Notes: generated from the letters alone by a model not told the origin. Positions 1 to 13,315 are shown, counted from the stretch's first letter. The stretch: DNA of 64,000 nucleotides from Chiloscyllium plagiosum (GCF_004010195.1 NC_057718.1:74498330-74562329), one strand, 5' to 3'. Numbers and translations are program-made.

Positions 1-246
1 GGGGGGTAGGTATAGGGCAGATGTTAGGGGTAGGTTCTTTACTCAGCGTGTCGTGAGTTCATGGAATGCCCTGCCAGTAGCAGTGGTGGACTCTCCCTCA
101 TTATGGGCATTTAAGCGGGCATTGGATAGGCATATGGAGGATAGTGGGCTAGTGTAGGTTAGGTGGGTTTGGATCGGCGCAACATTGAGGGCCGAAGGGC
201 CTGTACTGCGCTGTATTCTTCTATGTTCTATGTTCTATGTTCTATG
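1..246 (+). mobile_element. CR1 LINE 3' end
   Basis: ORF2 C-terminus (FFTQRVVSSWNALP...) followed by GGGCCGAAGGGCCTGT 3' UTR and (TTCTATG)n tail at ~218-246. Confidence 0.85.
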
Positions 247-618
247 TTACTATATGTTACTTAATTTAATCCTCATTATCAGACTTGATGAATTATCTGA
301 ACACTGATTATAATTAAATAATGAATGATCAAATTGTCTTTGATTTTTATATTAATTAAATAATCTATGACATTATAGCTGATTAATTTAAATTAAATTA
401 TATCCTCCTTTATCAGTGTACCCCATGCCATTACTACAGCAATTTAGCCTCACTTCAGCTGTCACTGTAATAAAGCTTCTCAAACATTGTTTCTCTTCAT
501 AAATCTATGTTGACTCTGCAAATAACATCGTTAAGCAAAATGCTCTGTAATCATGTTTAAACTCATGGATTTTAGCATTTTGCCTAATAGTCATACTATA
601 TAAGAGTAGCTGGTTTCT

Positions 619-1444
619 TGTTGAGAATACACGTGCATATATACATATAGAGAGAGCGAGAGTACATCAGAAAACAAAGCTGAAAGATATTGAGCTGTTT
701 GAACATTTTCCAGAATTACAAAGGGTTTATTGCATTCAGTTGCTGAAAGGCTGACTTTGGAAGAGATTGTATGAACTCTGTGCTAATGGTTGCCTAGCAA
801 CCCTGGGTAGCTTTGCCTTCTGCTTCAAACATCAGAACAAAAGAAAAGCAGCAGTAAAGCGCAGTAAGGTTGCAAGTTCTCTCTCTCTCTCTCTTTCTCC
901 TGGTTGCAAGAAATTGAGAACCTTCATACTTCAATGTTTTGACTACCTTGCAAACTGTAGCCAAGGACTATCCAAAGATATGAGTCGAGTTTGATTTCCA
1001 ATTGAACTGAAGCTTTGTTTGAAAGGTCTTCCATTGACATATGGCTACCAGCAAATCCATTTTGACCAGAATCTCAGATGACTGCATCAATACTTAAAAC
1101 ACCACCCTTTGTTTTGCACACCATTTTCTCTTTAAAAAAAAGTATTAATTCTATATTGCTGCCGTTGCCCTCTATAAGTTCATTTGGGATTAAAAAGAGA
1201 TATTGTTCTGACTCTGCACAGCACAGATATTTTACCAGTTTTGGAGAAAGTGAGAACTGCAGATGCTGGAGATCAGAGTCGAGAGTGTGGTGCTGGAAAA
1301 GCACAGCAGGTCAGGCAGCATCCGAGGAGCAGGACAATCAATGTTTCGAGCAAGCGCCCTTCATCAGGCATTTATACTACTGATGCAACGTTTGGAGAAG
1401 TAGGATATGATAATCAGCGCAAAGCTCTCGTCACAGTTGGAACA
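619..1444. mobile_element. Possible old solo LTR inserted in CR1
   Basis: TGTT...AACA termini, interrupts CR1 sequence that resumes at 1445; putative 4-bp TSD is degenerate (TTCT/CTAT); internal (CT)n. Confidence 0.35.
1243..1370 (-). mobile_element. Penelope-like element (family A) 3' terminal repeat fragment with hammerhead motif
   Basis: Reverse complement reads CCTGATGAAGGGCGCTTGCTCGAAACATTGATT...CAGCATCTGCAGTTCTCACTTTCTCC; homologous to the 3' end of the GIY-YIG-coding copy at 42298-43477. Confidence 0.8.
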
Positions 1445-2379
1445 CTATGGTTCCCCATTTTCCATCTTTCTCCTTTCTGAACAGCGGAAATATGCTTGCT
1501 ATCTTCCAATATCTGCAGTCACCTCCTTTTAACCTAAGGATGTCAGATCCAGATTTGTCACCCTTTAATTTGATTAACATTTCTAGTACTATTTCTTTAC
1601 TTGTACTGATTGTTTTACGTTCTTCAGTCTTACTAGACCTTTACTTCCCCATTATTTCAATCTTTTGCTTTGAAGACAGTTACAAAATAATTGTTTAATT
1701 TTGTGACAAAATTTATATTTCCCATTATAGTTTTATGTGACTCTGTCTTTAATGAGCCCATGTTTACTTTCACAAATGTCTTCTTATTTATATATCCCCT
1801 CAAGCATTCAGAGTATGCTTTAATACACCTTGTCAGTGTATTGTGATACTCTTCTCTCTTTCCAGATCAAATTATTGGTTCTCCATTGTTGTATTCTAAA
1901 CTCCTCTAAACCTTCAGGTGTATTATTCCATTTGGAATCATTATACGCTTCTTTCTTTGATCTATTACTACTTTTAACTCCTCATTAGCTCTGGCTAAAC
2001 TACTATTTCTATGGTGTTCTTTGTATACTTGTCACAAATTAGTATTAGTTCTTAAATGTTAGTCATGGCTTGTTTATTATTAATCTGTCTGAGTGAATTG
2101 TCCCTTATACCCACAAGATTGGAATACTGTGGATGTTGAAAGCCTGAAAGAAGAACAGAAAATGCTGGAAATGTTAGGAAGTCTGGCAGCAGCTGTGGAA
2201 GAAGAATCAGTTTTCAGGTTCCACGTCTTTCCTTTTTATCATCAAACCCCTCAAAACTGTGTAGTTCACTTTCTATGAATCTAAAATTGGAGTTTCAGAC
2301 ATATTTAAAGCACTTTCAAACTCTATTTAAAAATCTATATATCATGATTGCTCTTCCCTTAAGTCCCCTTAACAGCAAG

Positions 2380-2982
2380 TGTGATGATGCTGCTCCTTTA
2401 ACAAGGTTATTTTTTTTTGTCAGACGTGTCACAAACATAGAATTGCCGAGAGATCTGGTTTGGATGGGTTTTAGGGCAAACTTGATTATAGCTAATATAT
2501 ACTGTCTCAGGGAAAAGCTTTTAAATAAAAAAAAACACTTGTACAATGAAGGGGGAACGGGCAGTTCTCCCAGCTCAGTTTTTCTCTGGCTTGGTTTCGT
2601 TTCTAGCAAGCAGTCAGTTTTGAAGCTGTGGACCCAAAGAGGTAGGTCCATGCTGATCCTTCCTCTCTCTGACACCTCTCCTGTAAGAACCTGTGTTTGA
2701 TTTTTCCTTTTTGCCCAAGGGGTGTTTACAGGGATTGTTGCCAATATTTTGAACAGCATCATTAAGCTGGGATGATCTGTTAGGTTTTTGGAGTTGTTAA
2801 GCTATTCTATATTCGGTTCTCTTTTGTTTGTGTTTCATTCGGTAATTCTGTTTTGTTGAAAACTAAGTGGTTGGGCTAGCTGCATCACTCCTGGAATATC
2901 CATTTTACAGCTGCTTAAGACAACTAGCAAAGTTGTTGAAATGGTTTGAAATGGTTTGAGAGGGTCTGGCCTGGTCCATACA
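2380..2982 (+). mobile_element. Solo LTR (same family as 55713-56330)
   Basis: TG...CA termini, exact 4-bp TSD CAAG (2376-2379/2983-2986), end-to-end similarity with 55713-56330; strand tentative. Confidence 0.8.
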
Positions 2983-4241
2983 CAAGGGTATTTATTAAAC
3001 CTTTCTTATTGTATAATGATAGATATATTTCTCATTTTATTTCCTCAACTTGCTGATTTATATAACTTTCTTGTATACATTCTATGACTTTGTCCTCCAC
3101 ATCATTATTGTACATTTGATTTCCCTGGTCTACTTGAAGATTAAACACTCCCACCAATGAGTGCTGTTCATACTTATTTTACAAACTTCTAATTTCCCGA
3201 ATTATACTCTGCTTACACTTTAACCCCTTATAGGGTTCCCACAATCAAATCTTTGCTGTTTTTTGCTCAGCCCAAACTAATTCTATATCCCAAACCTCTA
3301 AACCAAGGCTTCTTCTTTCCCTCTTCAGTATTTAACCCATCCTTCATTATCAAGGCCACTTTTTCTATTTTTCATTTTGCCTATATCTTTAAAAATCTAA
3401 GTATATAGTTCCTAATCTTGGTCACTTTGCAACCATGTCTCCCCATTAGATCAAATCTATTAATTTCCATCTGTGCTATAACATTGAGTTTATAGGAAAC
3501 ACATGCAGATATTGGGCCTTTATGCTGAACAAACCATTGGGATTAAAGACAGACAAGATGCCAACATCCTAAGATACTAAAGGAAGAAGTAGCAGAGATA
3601 CTGGATTGGTTATAATATTCTAAAACTCCCTGGATTCTAGAAAGGTTTCTGGATTAGAAAAATGCTAATGTAACACCTTTATTCAAAAAGGGAGGGAGGC
3701 AAAAAAATAGGAGACAATAGACCAAGACATGTCTGTCATTAGAGAATTATTGGAATCCATTATTAAGGATGTTGTCATAGAACATTTGAAAAACCAAAAC
3801 ACAATCCATCAGAGCCAGTATCGTCTTATGAAGGGTAAATCATGTTTGAATAATTTGTTAGAGTTCTTCAAAGATGCAAAAGCAAAATGAATAATGATAG
3901 AAATCGCATACGTGGAATTTCAGAAGGCATTTGATAAGGTGCCACAGAAAATGTTACTACACAATGCAAGACGCTGCATGGTTAGGCATAATACATTACC
4001 TTGGAAGAAGATTGGCTAACCAACAGAAAGCAAAGAATGTGTCTCTTTCTTTGTGGCAAGCTAAACTAGCTGGGTGCTACTGGGTTTCGACCTTGGGCCC
4101 CAATTATTACAATCTATATTAATGAGTTAGAAGCAGGCACAGAATGTACGATAGCTACATTTATAGATAATGTTGAAATAAATTAGAAAGCCCATTGCAG
4201 TTAAGGGGAGATTCATTGCAGATTCACTGGTAATGTACTGG

Positions 4242-4889
4242 TGATGATTTATGGGTCTCTCAGTTCCACGATTGGTCAATTAACACAACTGTAAACCACT
4301 CGTTGTCTAACTTGCAAACAATCATTTATTGTATGTTACAGCGCTGGGTTGGCAGACTCTGATTCGCCCAGAAGTATGAAAACTTCTTGGCAATCAAAAG
4401 AATCCAACAACCTTACAGAGTTTGCATAAGCTTTATATGCATTATTCATTATCAGACATGGAGCATGATCACATAGTAACAACCAATCAATACATGATAT
4501 CACTTCATGGGTAGTTGCTTGATTCAATGATATTGATTAAGTCATAATAGTTTATGTCACCTTTACAAAGGTTCACAGCTTGCAAAATGTGGATTAGTAT
4601 TTCCTCTATGAGGACTCGCAGTTTGCAAAATGTGATTAGTTTTCTGATATAACTTTAGAGACTAGCTGCAGGTGGTCACGTAGGCGTAGGGAACCAAGTA
4701 GTCACATAGGCGCAAGGAACCATTTTGTCTCTAACTGCAATTTAGAATTAACCGTTACTTCTGTATTTTATTGGAATTACATCTGTCTGCAGTTTCTTGT
4801 TTCAGTGCAATCTAATTTAGCAATGCAGAAGCCATTTTGTGCCGCTCCTTTATCCATTTTGTCCTACCTCCCAGAGGCCCATATCCTCA
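4242..4889 (-). mobile_element. Solo LTR (ERV-like) inserted in a SINE
   Basis: TG...CA termini, 4-bp TSD CTGG/TTGG, TTTATT (polyA signal on minus strand) near 4325, short internal direct repeats. Confidence 0.7.
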
Positions 4890-5160
4890 TTGGGGACCTG
4901 GGTTTGAATCCTGCCATGGCAGATGCTAGAATTTGAATTCAATAAATACCAATAAACCATTGTAGATTGGAAAAATACCCAACTGATTCCTAATGTTATT
5001 TAGGGAAGGAAACTGTTGTCTTTACCTGGTCTAGCTTCCATGTAACTCCAGACTCATAACAATGTGGTTGACACTTAATTTCCCTCTGGGCAACTAGGGA
5101 TGGGTGATAAGTGCTGGCCTGGTCAGTGATGCCCATATCTATGACTGAAAAAACAAAAAA
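4890..5160 (+). mobile_element. Second tRNA-derived SINE family (possibly DeuSINE/SacSINE1-like)
   Basis: B-box-like GGTTTGAATCC and A-rich tail; related minus-strand copies at ~32165-32545, ~50245-50460, ~59890-60020; family name is tentative. Confidence 0.55.
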
Positions 5161-5959
5161 GTTTACAAATGGATATGGGTAGTTTAGGTGAATGGACAAG
5201 ATGGAGTTTAACTTGGATAAATGCAAAGTCATCCATTTTGGTCAGAAGAATTAAAAGATAACTTAATATCTAAATGGAAACAAACCTCAAAATGTTTTGG
5301 TGCAGAGGGATCTGGGTGCCCTCATGCATGAGTTACAGAATACAAATACAGCAGACAATAAGGACAGCAAATGTAATTTTGACATTTATTGCTAAAGGAA
5401 TAGAACATAAAAGTAGGGAAGTATTGTAATTGCATAAGGCATTGGTGAGACTATATCTGGAGTACTGATGCAGTTTTGGTTTTGGTCAGTTTTAGTCTAT
5501 TTACTTGAGGAAGAATGTAATTATGTAATTACATTACAGACAGTCCAAAGACCAAAACCTTGTCAGTTGAGGGACAATGGAACAGTTTAAGTCAATACTT
5601 ATTAGAGTTTAGAAGGATGAGAAATAATCTAATTGAGATTTATAAGATGCTAAAGGGGATTGATAAAGCACACACTTATCTTTTCCCTTGTGGAGTAATC
5701 TAGAACCAGAGGTGATGGTTTAGGCTATGGGTTGGCAGATTTAAAACAGAGGTGAGGAGGAACTACATCTCTTAAAAAGTTGTAAATCTGTGGAATTCAT
5801 CACTCCAGAGTGTGGTGGATACCAGGACACTGAATAAATTTGAAGAGATAGACAGACATTTCATAAGTAACAGAATAAAGGGCTATTGGGAGCTGACAGC
5901 AAGGGGGAGTTGAGACTGAGTTCTTATGTTCTTGTGATTGGCTGTGATCTTTTCTTAAA

Positions 5960-6900
5960 TTTCTCTCTGTCACCTTAGTCCCGAATGTCCCATTACCTTT
6001 GTTTCCCTTGCTGCTTCTTTCCAACCTACACAGCTAAGTTTTACTTAAAATATTGCTCTGCTCCAGAACCGTGACAATTTCCATGCAACTTTTGAATCTG
6101 CCCATCACTGAATCCTCTCATTCTCCTAACCACTTTTTATTAGTTTAAAGCTTTGTTCAATGTCCTATTTATTTGATTCACCAGGACAGATGTCCCCATT
6201 GTGCCTAAGTGGAAGCCATCCCAATCAAGCATTTCATTCTTTCCACGATTGGTGTCAGTCACTTATGAAGCAAAATCCCTATCTCCTATATCACTTTTTC
6301 AGCCAAACATTCCACCCTACTTACCCCTATGCAGTTGGTGCATGGCTCAGGTAATAACCTGGAGATTATTACATTCAAAGTTCTGTTTTTAAATTTGATC
6401 CATTGCTCCTCAAACTTTCTCAACAGAACATTGCTAATTCTACCTGTAGTATTAGATCCTATGTGGATCACAACAAATGGATCCTCTCCTCCACTCTCTT
6501 CAATTTCTACTCTGGCCAAAAAGAGATGTTTTTAACTTTGGTAACTGGCAGACAGAAAACAGTATCTATTGATACTATAGTGTCTCCTAATGCTACTTTT
6601 CACTTCCTTCCCTGCACTTCATTAAGTTCCAGAAAAAGGGTGCTGTGGTTTGTTTTTTCATTCACCTTTCACTTCATCTGCAGACACTGCAAATACCTCA
6701 TAGCTGCTGGTCTAAGGCAAGGACTGAGGGCTGCCATCATTGTATCCTGGACTCTCATATCTACCTATTTCATTGTTACATCCTCCTGTCCCTGACCACA
6801 TAACAACTCTGAAGCCCTACCTAACCAAATCCAAACAACCCTACTCCTCCCTGATGCCCATCATATCTACAGCTCAGACTCCAGCTCAACAACTACATTA
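5960..6900 (-). pseudogene. CR1 ORF1 remnant (SGNH esterase-like domain)
   Basis: ORF 6286-6519 EDPFVVIHIGSN...RTLNVIISRLLPEP matches the CR1 ORF1 esterase pattern; similar remnants at ~34700-35250 and ~49050-49560. Confidence 0.7.
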
Positions 6901-7061
6901 ATTAGTTAGCTAATTTAATTATTTAATTAGTTACTAATTTAGGAATTGTCCACAGCTTGACATGTGCACAGATAATGTGTTCCTGGTCAAATACCAGCCG
7001 AAAAAAAGCACCCCCTCTGCTACTGAAAGCCACTGAGTTTCTGAAGTACTGTTGGTTGCTG

Positions 7062-7412
7062 GATTCAGACCCTTCGGTTAGAAATACAGAAACCACTGAC
7101 CCTCAGCTTCGAGGTAAAGTCACCTCTCAGGATTCCGACCCTCAGATCTGGGATATGGTCACCTCGTAAGAATATAGACCCTTAGATTTATAATATAGTT
7201 ACCTACTGGGATACAGACCCTCATGTTAGAGTTATAGTCATTTCCTGGGATGCAGCACACTCAGATTAGAGATATAGTCATCTCTTGAGATACAGACCCA
7301 TTAGGATAGAGGTAGAGTCACCTCCTGAGGTATAGACCCTTCACATTGGAGGCATAGCCAACTCAGGTTAAAGATATAGTTATTTCCTGGGATATAGACC
7401 CTTGGGCTCGGG
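7062..7412. repeat. Degenerate minisatellite, ~39-40 bp unit, ~9 copies
   Basis: Consensus approx GATACAGACCCTCAGGTTAGAGATATAGTCACCTCCTGG; units start near 7131, 7170, 7210, 7249, 7289, 7329. Confidence 0.85.
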
Positions 7413-8240
7413 TTACACATACCTAATGAGACTGATATACTGACATCCTTAAGATTAAAAGTAGTTGCTATGCCACATTTGAGTGAGGGAGTGGGAGGAA
7501 CAGAGATGGGATTGGTGGAGGTGTGTTTTACTTCATAGGGCATAGGAAAGCTATTAAGCGGTTTCCCTTTACATAAAATGTGGATTAAGCCAGTCATCTT
7601 CTCTACTATTAGTATTCAATGTACAAGTTCACTTGCATTTTGCAAATGGAATCCATTTACTATTAAATCAAAGTCTGACTCTTATCCAAAAAGCTGTCAT
7701 CCATGCTGAAGAGCATCGATAATAGAGGATAATGATAATATTTCCATAAGGCAAGTAAAATTATGAGTCATTCCCTGTCACTCTTAAATCTTTGCTGATT
7801 GACAGCACTCAGGCTGAGGGAAAGTCAGGTCTGGAGTCAATACTAATATTTCATTTGGTAAGTGTGTGACTCAGGTTGGTGCACATCAATATAAAATACA
7901 GATAGGAGTATGCCATTCAGCCCCTAGAGCTAGTTTCACATTCAATTAGATCATAGTTGTTCTGCATTTGAACTTCATTTACCTTTGTTTCACATCTATT
8001 AATTGCCTTTCTGAACAAAAATTGTCAACCATTGCATTTTCAATTGACCTAATCTCATCAACATTTTGGTTCAGATTTCCACCAACATTGGTGAAAAGGA
8101 AAGCAAATCAAAGAGACACCCTCCTTCCCCTGCAAGAAGGTGAAATATTGTATTTATGTTCGATGCTTGCTGCACAACAGGCAACAAAGATCATAATCAT
8201 TGTACCAAAGCTTATCACTGGAATTTTAATCTTAAAAAAT

Positions 8241-8378
8241 AAGAAGGGCTTCCTGAAGAAGGGCTTATGCCCGAAACGTCGATTCTCCTGTTCCTTGGAT
8301 GCTGCCTGACCTGCTGCGCTTTCCCAGCAACACATTTTCAGCTCTGATCTCCAGCATCTGCAGTCCTCACTTTCTCCT
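8241..8378 (+). mobile_element. Penelope-like element (family A) terminal repeat
   Basis: Near-identical to the right arm of 44562-44777. Confidence 0.85.
8250..8285 (+). ncRNA. Minimal type I hammerhead ribozyme motif (PLE family A)
   Basis: CTGAAGA (8253-8259), stem II GGGC-TTAT-GCCC, GAAA, palindromic ACGT stem III, predicted cleavage after GTC at 8280; stem I weak. Confidence 0.7.
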
Positions 8379-8379
8379 T

Positions 8380-8740
8380 AATGAGGTGGGACATGATTGA
8401 GATGTGTAAAATAATGAGGGGGTTTTGACAGGGTAGACAGGAAGAAATGTTTCCTTGGTGGAGGGATCGATGACCAAGGGCATAAATTTAAGGTAAGAGA
8501 TCTCTAACTAGGCTTAAAGGGGATGTGAGGAAAACCTTTCTTACCCGTAGGATGGTGGGAATCTGGAACTCACTGCGAATGAAAGTGTGTAGAGGCAGAA
8601 GTCCTCATAATATTTAGGAAATAGTTAAATGTACACTTACAAAGACATGGCATTCAAGGTCTTGGCCAAATGCTGGAAAATGGGCTTAAAATAGTGAGGT
8701 AGCTGTTTTTGACTGGCAGAAGCATGATCTCTATGACTAT
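8380..8740 (+). mobile_element. CR1 LINE 3' fragment
   Basis: Degenerate ORF2 C-terminus (KIMRG.DRVD, WNSL) and CTATGACTATGA tail. Confidence 0.7.
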
Positions 8741-9069
8741 GATCCATGTTGTTGCTGAATTTCAGCTCCTTATGAAGGGGTTACATTCATGATTCTGGTT
8801 GAGCACAGTAGTAGTTCATTTTAACAATTAGTATAGCATTTAACATAGTTAAATAAGAGGCACAAAGTCAGGAGGCCTGAGTGAGATGTAGACTGAATAG
8901 TGAATCAAGCTCACATGCCAAATCAGTGCATGTTGGAAAAAGTTGCATTAAATAAAATTGATTGCACTATGTAAAGTGTGTAAAATATTAGTCGGTGTTA
9001 TCAATACTAGTGAGATTTATCAACAGTTGTAATATGTGTAAAATTAAGGTCCAGTAAAGTTAACATAAG

Positions 9070-11480
9070 TAAACCAAAGTAACGCATGGGAAATCATTGA
9101 TACTAATGGTGACCTTTGCAGGAAATGCTTCCAGCTACAGAAACTTGAGCTCTGGATTGCAGAGTCATTGTGGTGCATTTGCCAGGTTTGAAAGCCATGT
9201 GGTTGCATAATTAGAGATATGGTTCATGCTGCAGGCTAAAAATGTGGAGGCATGAAGAATTCAGCAAGAGAAGACAAAATGTTTGATTAAGAGCGGGAAA
9301 ATAGAGTAAGAGTAAAACGCAGGGGACATAGAAATTGACCATAAAAGCTCAGTTTAGAGAGAAAAAGATTAGTAAAGACAAATGTTGGAACCCTTACAGT
9401 CAAAAGCTGGGGAAATGAAAATGTGGAACAAAGAAATAGTAGAAGAATTGAACACATGCTTTGGTTCTGTCTTCACAAGAGGGCACAAATAACCTTCCAG
9501 AAATATCCAGGACCCAACGATCTACTGGGAGGGTTGACTTGAAGAAAGTCAGTATTGCTTAGAGAATGGTGGTGTTTAAATTAATGTGGTTAAAGGTAAA
9601 CAAATCCCCAGGACTTGATAATCCAAATCCCAGAGTACTAAAGGAACTGAACTGGAAATATTAATGATAATGTTGTCTAAGAAAGGCCTTTAGAGCTGTT
9701 CCTACAGATTGCAGAATTCGAAATATAACAGCACTATTTAAAAAGGGACAAAGAGAAAAAAGACAGAGGATTACAGATCAGTTAGTTGGATATTGTGATG
9801 GGGAAAATGCTAGAGTCTATTATAAAAGATATCTTAAGAGAATATTTGGAAAACATTAAAGGAATTAGACAATGCCAGCATAGATTCATGAAAGGCAAAT
9901 CATGCGATACTAATCTACTGGAGTATTTTGAGGAAGTAACTTGTAGAATAAATAAGGGAGGACGAGTGGATGTGGTGTATTTGGACTTTTAGAAAGCTTT
10001 GATAAGGTCCCTCATAACAGGTTAGTGGGCAAAGCTAAAGCACATGGGGTGGGGGTAATATATTGGCATAGCTCAAAAATTGGTTGACAGACTGGAAACA
10101 GAGAGTGGGAATAAATAGGACTTATTCTGAGTGGCAGGCATTGACGAGTTGGGTACTGCAAGGATCAATACTTGGGCCCCAGCAACTCTATTGATATAGA
10201 GCACATTGGTTCAGTGGTTAGCATTGCTGCCTCACAGCACCAGGGACCCAGGTTCAATTCCAACCTTGGGCAATGACTGTGGGGAGTTTGCACATTGACT
10301 CTGTGTTGACATGGGTGCACTGGTTTCCTCTTACAGTCCAAAGATGTGCAAGCTAGGTGGATTGACCATTCTAAATTGCCCATAATGTCCTGGGACGTGT
10401 AGACTTGAGATTAGGGGTTAGGCTTGAGAAATGCAAGGCTGCAGGGATAAGGTGGAAGGGGGAGGGAGGGATATGGGTTTGGGTGGATGCTGTTTGGATA
10501 CTCTTCGGAGGGTCGGACTAAATGACCTGCTTCCACACTGTAGGGATTCTATGAATATAAGTGACTTGGATGAGGGAATCAAATGCTACACTTTCCAGTT
10601 TGCTCTTGACACAAAACTGAGTAGGGTTGTGAATTATGAGGAGGATGCAGGGAGGTTTCAAGGTCATTTAGACAATTTGAGTGAGCAGGTAAACCCAAGC
10701 AACACAAAGTTGCTAAATGTGAAGTTATACACTTTGGTGTGAAAAACAAAAAAGAGGATCATTTAAATGACGATATATTGAGAAGTGTGGCTGTACACAT
10801 GGATCCAAGTGTCCTTGTACACCAGTCAATGAAAGTAGACAGGCAGGTACAAGAACCAATTAGGAAGGCAAACAATATACTGGCCTTCATTGTAACAGAA
10901 TCTGAGTTCAGAAGTAAAGATGCCTTACTGCAGTTATACAGGGACTTGGTGAACTCACACCCAGAGTACTGCATGCAGCTTTGAATTCCCTACCTAAAAA
11001 AAGATATAATTGTCATAGACAGAGTTCAATTGAGGGTCACTAAGTTGATATCAGGGATGGCAGGTGAGAAATTGGTTTGAATGGACCTGTATTGGCTAGA
11101 GTTTGAAAGGGAATCTGATTGCAATGTATACAACTGTAACTGTCCTGGACACACTAGAAGAGGAAAGATGTTTTCCTTGGTTGGGGAGTCTAGAACCAGG
11201 GGTCACAGTCTCAGGATATGAGGTAGACCACTTAAGATTGAAATGAAGCAAAAACTTCTCACTCAAAGTATAATGAACTTGTGGAATTCTGTACCACAGA
11301 AGCTGTGGAGGCTAAACCACTCAATATATTCAAGAAAGAGATGGATAAATGTTTAGATTTTAAAGGCATCGAGAACTAAGGAGAGAAAATGGGAATACGA
11401 TGTCGAGGTAGAGGGTTAGCCAAGATCATAGACAGCAGACTCAAAGGGAATGATGGCCTACTTCTACTCCTAGTTTCTAA
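9070..11480 (+). mobile_element. Degraded CR1 LINE (ORF1 remnant plus ORF2 RT) with nested V-SINE
   Basis: ORFs 9786-9992 (QHRFMKGKSCDTNLLEYFEEVT...VDVVYLDF) and 10739-10984 (RKANNILAFI...LLQLYRDLV). Confidence 0.85.
10200..10555 (+). mobile_element. V-SINE (HE1-like)
   Basis: tRNA-like A/B boxes (TCAGTGGTTAGC, GGTTCAATTCC), V-domain, CR1-like tail. Confidence 0.8.
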
Positions 11481-11577
11481 GATCCTCTTTTTGCTCGAAT
11501 TGAAAAGGGGATGGGATATGAAGTTCTCAGCATGGCCAAATAAAATTGGTGCTGAGTTCAAACAGACTTAATTTTCA

Positions 11578-11876
11578 TTAGATTAAATTCCCTACAGAGT
11601 GGAAACAGGCCCTTCGACCCAACCAGCCCTCCAAAGAGTAACCCACCCAGACCCATTTCCCCTGACTAATTGATCTAACACTATGGGGCAATTTAGCATG
11701 GCCAATTCACCTGACCTGCACATCTTTGGACTGTTGGGGGAAACCAGAGCACCCGGAGGAAACCCACGCAGACACGGGGAGAACGTGCAAACTCCACACA
11801 GTCAGTCACCGGTGGCTGGAATCGAACCTGGGACCGTAGTGCTGTGAGGCAGCAGTGCTAACCACTGAGCCACCGA
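11578..11876 (-). mobile_element. V-SINE (HE1-like)
   Basis: Reverse complement of tRNA head, V-domain and (AATCT)n tail. Confidence 0.85.
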
Positions 11877-12029
11877 GCACTGCTGCAAGAATTTCATCCC
11901 CAGTAATGGCATCTCAAATTTATGGAAGTGCCATTGATATTTGTCAAGGACAAATATGGTTAGTTAAGTGTAATTATCTGAAGTTATTTTGATCTACGTC
12001 TTTCTAAAAATAACAAAAAGCTGTAGTCA

Positions 12030-12668
12030 TAATCATAGAGTCAAAGAGATGTACAGCACTGAAACAGACCCTTTGGTCCAACTTGTTCATGCCAAACAGA
12101 TATATTCTAACCTAATCTAGTCCGATTTGCCAGCACTTGGCCCTTAAATCCTTCCTATTCACAGACCCACAGCCTCTTTAATGCTGGAATTGTACCAGCT
12201 TCCACCACTTCCTCTGGCAGCTCATTCCATACACGCACCACTCTCTACGCGAAAAAGGTGCCCTTTCGGTCCCTTTTAAATCTTTCCCCTCTCACCTTAA
12301 ACCTATGCCCTCTAATTCTGGACTCCCCGACCCCAGGGGGAGTCTATTTATCCTATCCATACCTGTCATGATTTTATAAACCTCAGACTCCAATGCTCCA
12401 GGGAAAACAGCCCCAGCCTATTCAGCCTCTCCCTGTAGCTCAAATTCTCCAAACCTGGCAACATCATTGTAAATCTTTTCTGAACCCTTTCAAGTTTCAC
12501 AACATCCTTCTGGTAGGAGGGAGACCAGAATTGCACACAGTATTCCAAAAGTAGTGTAACCAATGTCCTGTACAGCTGCAACATGACCTCCCAACTCCTA
12601 TACCCAATGCTCTGGCCAATAAAGGAAACCATACCAAAACACCTTCTTCACTATCCTACCTACCTGCC
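12030..12668 (-). mobile_element. CR1 LINE 3' end
   Basis: ORF 12366-12632 LLEYCVQFWSPSYQKDVVKLERVQKRFT; GACTCTAT-type tail. Confidence 0.9.
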
Positions 12669-13315
12669 AAATTAGAGTGAAAATAAACACCCTCTGTTGT
12701 TGTGCATCGATTTAAAGGGCATCTGATGTACTCAGAAAATAAAATTCATCATCTGTTCAAATTGATCAATGCAGATGATTGTTGGCATTTCCCAAGCACT
12801 GACATTATAACTGTGGCCCTTAAGAATGATTGTAAAGTTTTAAGTGCTCTAAAATCACTTACATCTAGATGGCAGTTGAATTCATATTTTGATGGACCAG
12901 TTTAAAAGCTGTTAAAGAAATCAATGTCTTTGATGTGATTTGTGAAATTGAAGGACTTTTTGATACAACAGATCGAGCACTTTAGTCCATTTAAAATTCC
13001 TTTATGTATTCTTGAATAAGAGATTATTTCAGTATTATGCATGAATGAGAATTGTTAAATCAGAAGTTTAATACTTTTCATTGCCGCGAGGCTTATGAGA
13101 TCTGCCCATGGGACATTGAAGTGTTATGGGTGTATCATGGGCTACAATTGTGGATGAGACTAGTAAGTCTAATGACCTTTTATAGGCCTGGGCCAAATTT
13201 TCAGAAAACTGAAGTGGAACTTTTGACCAGTCTGTTTGGTATTCATCTGCTCTGTGGCTACCTCTGAACTGGCTATAAAGACAGTGCACCTGACTCAATC
13301 ATGGTCCCAGTCAAA

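Larger units (their letters stand above)
400..3490 (-). mobile_element. Old degraded CR1 LINE ORF2 fragments, interrupted by LTR and PLE insertions
   Basis: Reverse-strand remnants resembling the other CR1 copies in the window (RT region near 1460-1510; endonuclease-like region 3300-3490); many stops; boundaries approximate. Confidence 0.55.
3530..5915 (+). mobile_element. CR1 LINE ORF2 (RT) fragment, interrupted at ~4200-5160 by a SINE and a nested LTR
   Basis: Degenerate ANVTPLFKKG, GKSC, FQKAFDKVP motifs at 3660-3945; C-terminal part resumes at ~5160. Confidence 0.75.

Noticed and set aside
7062..7412. CRISPR-like array
   Set aside because: Units are contiguous and degenerate with no unique spacers and no cas genes; eukaryotic context.
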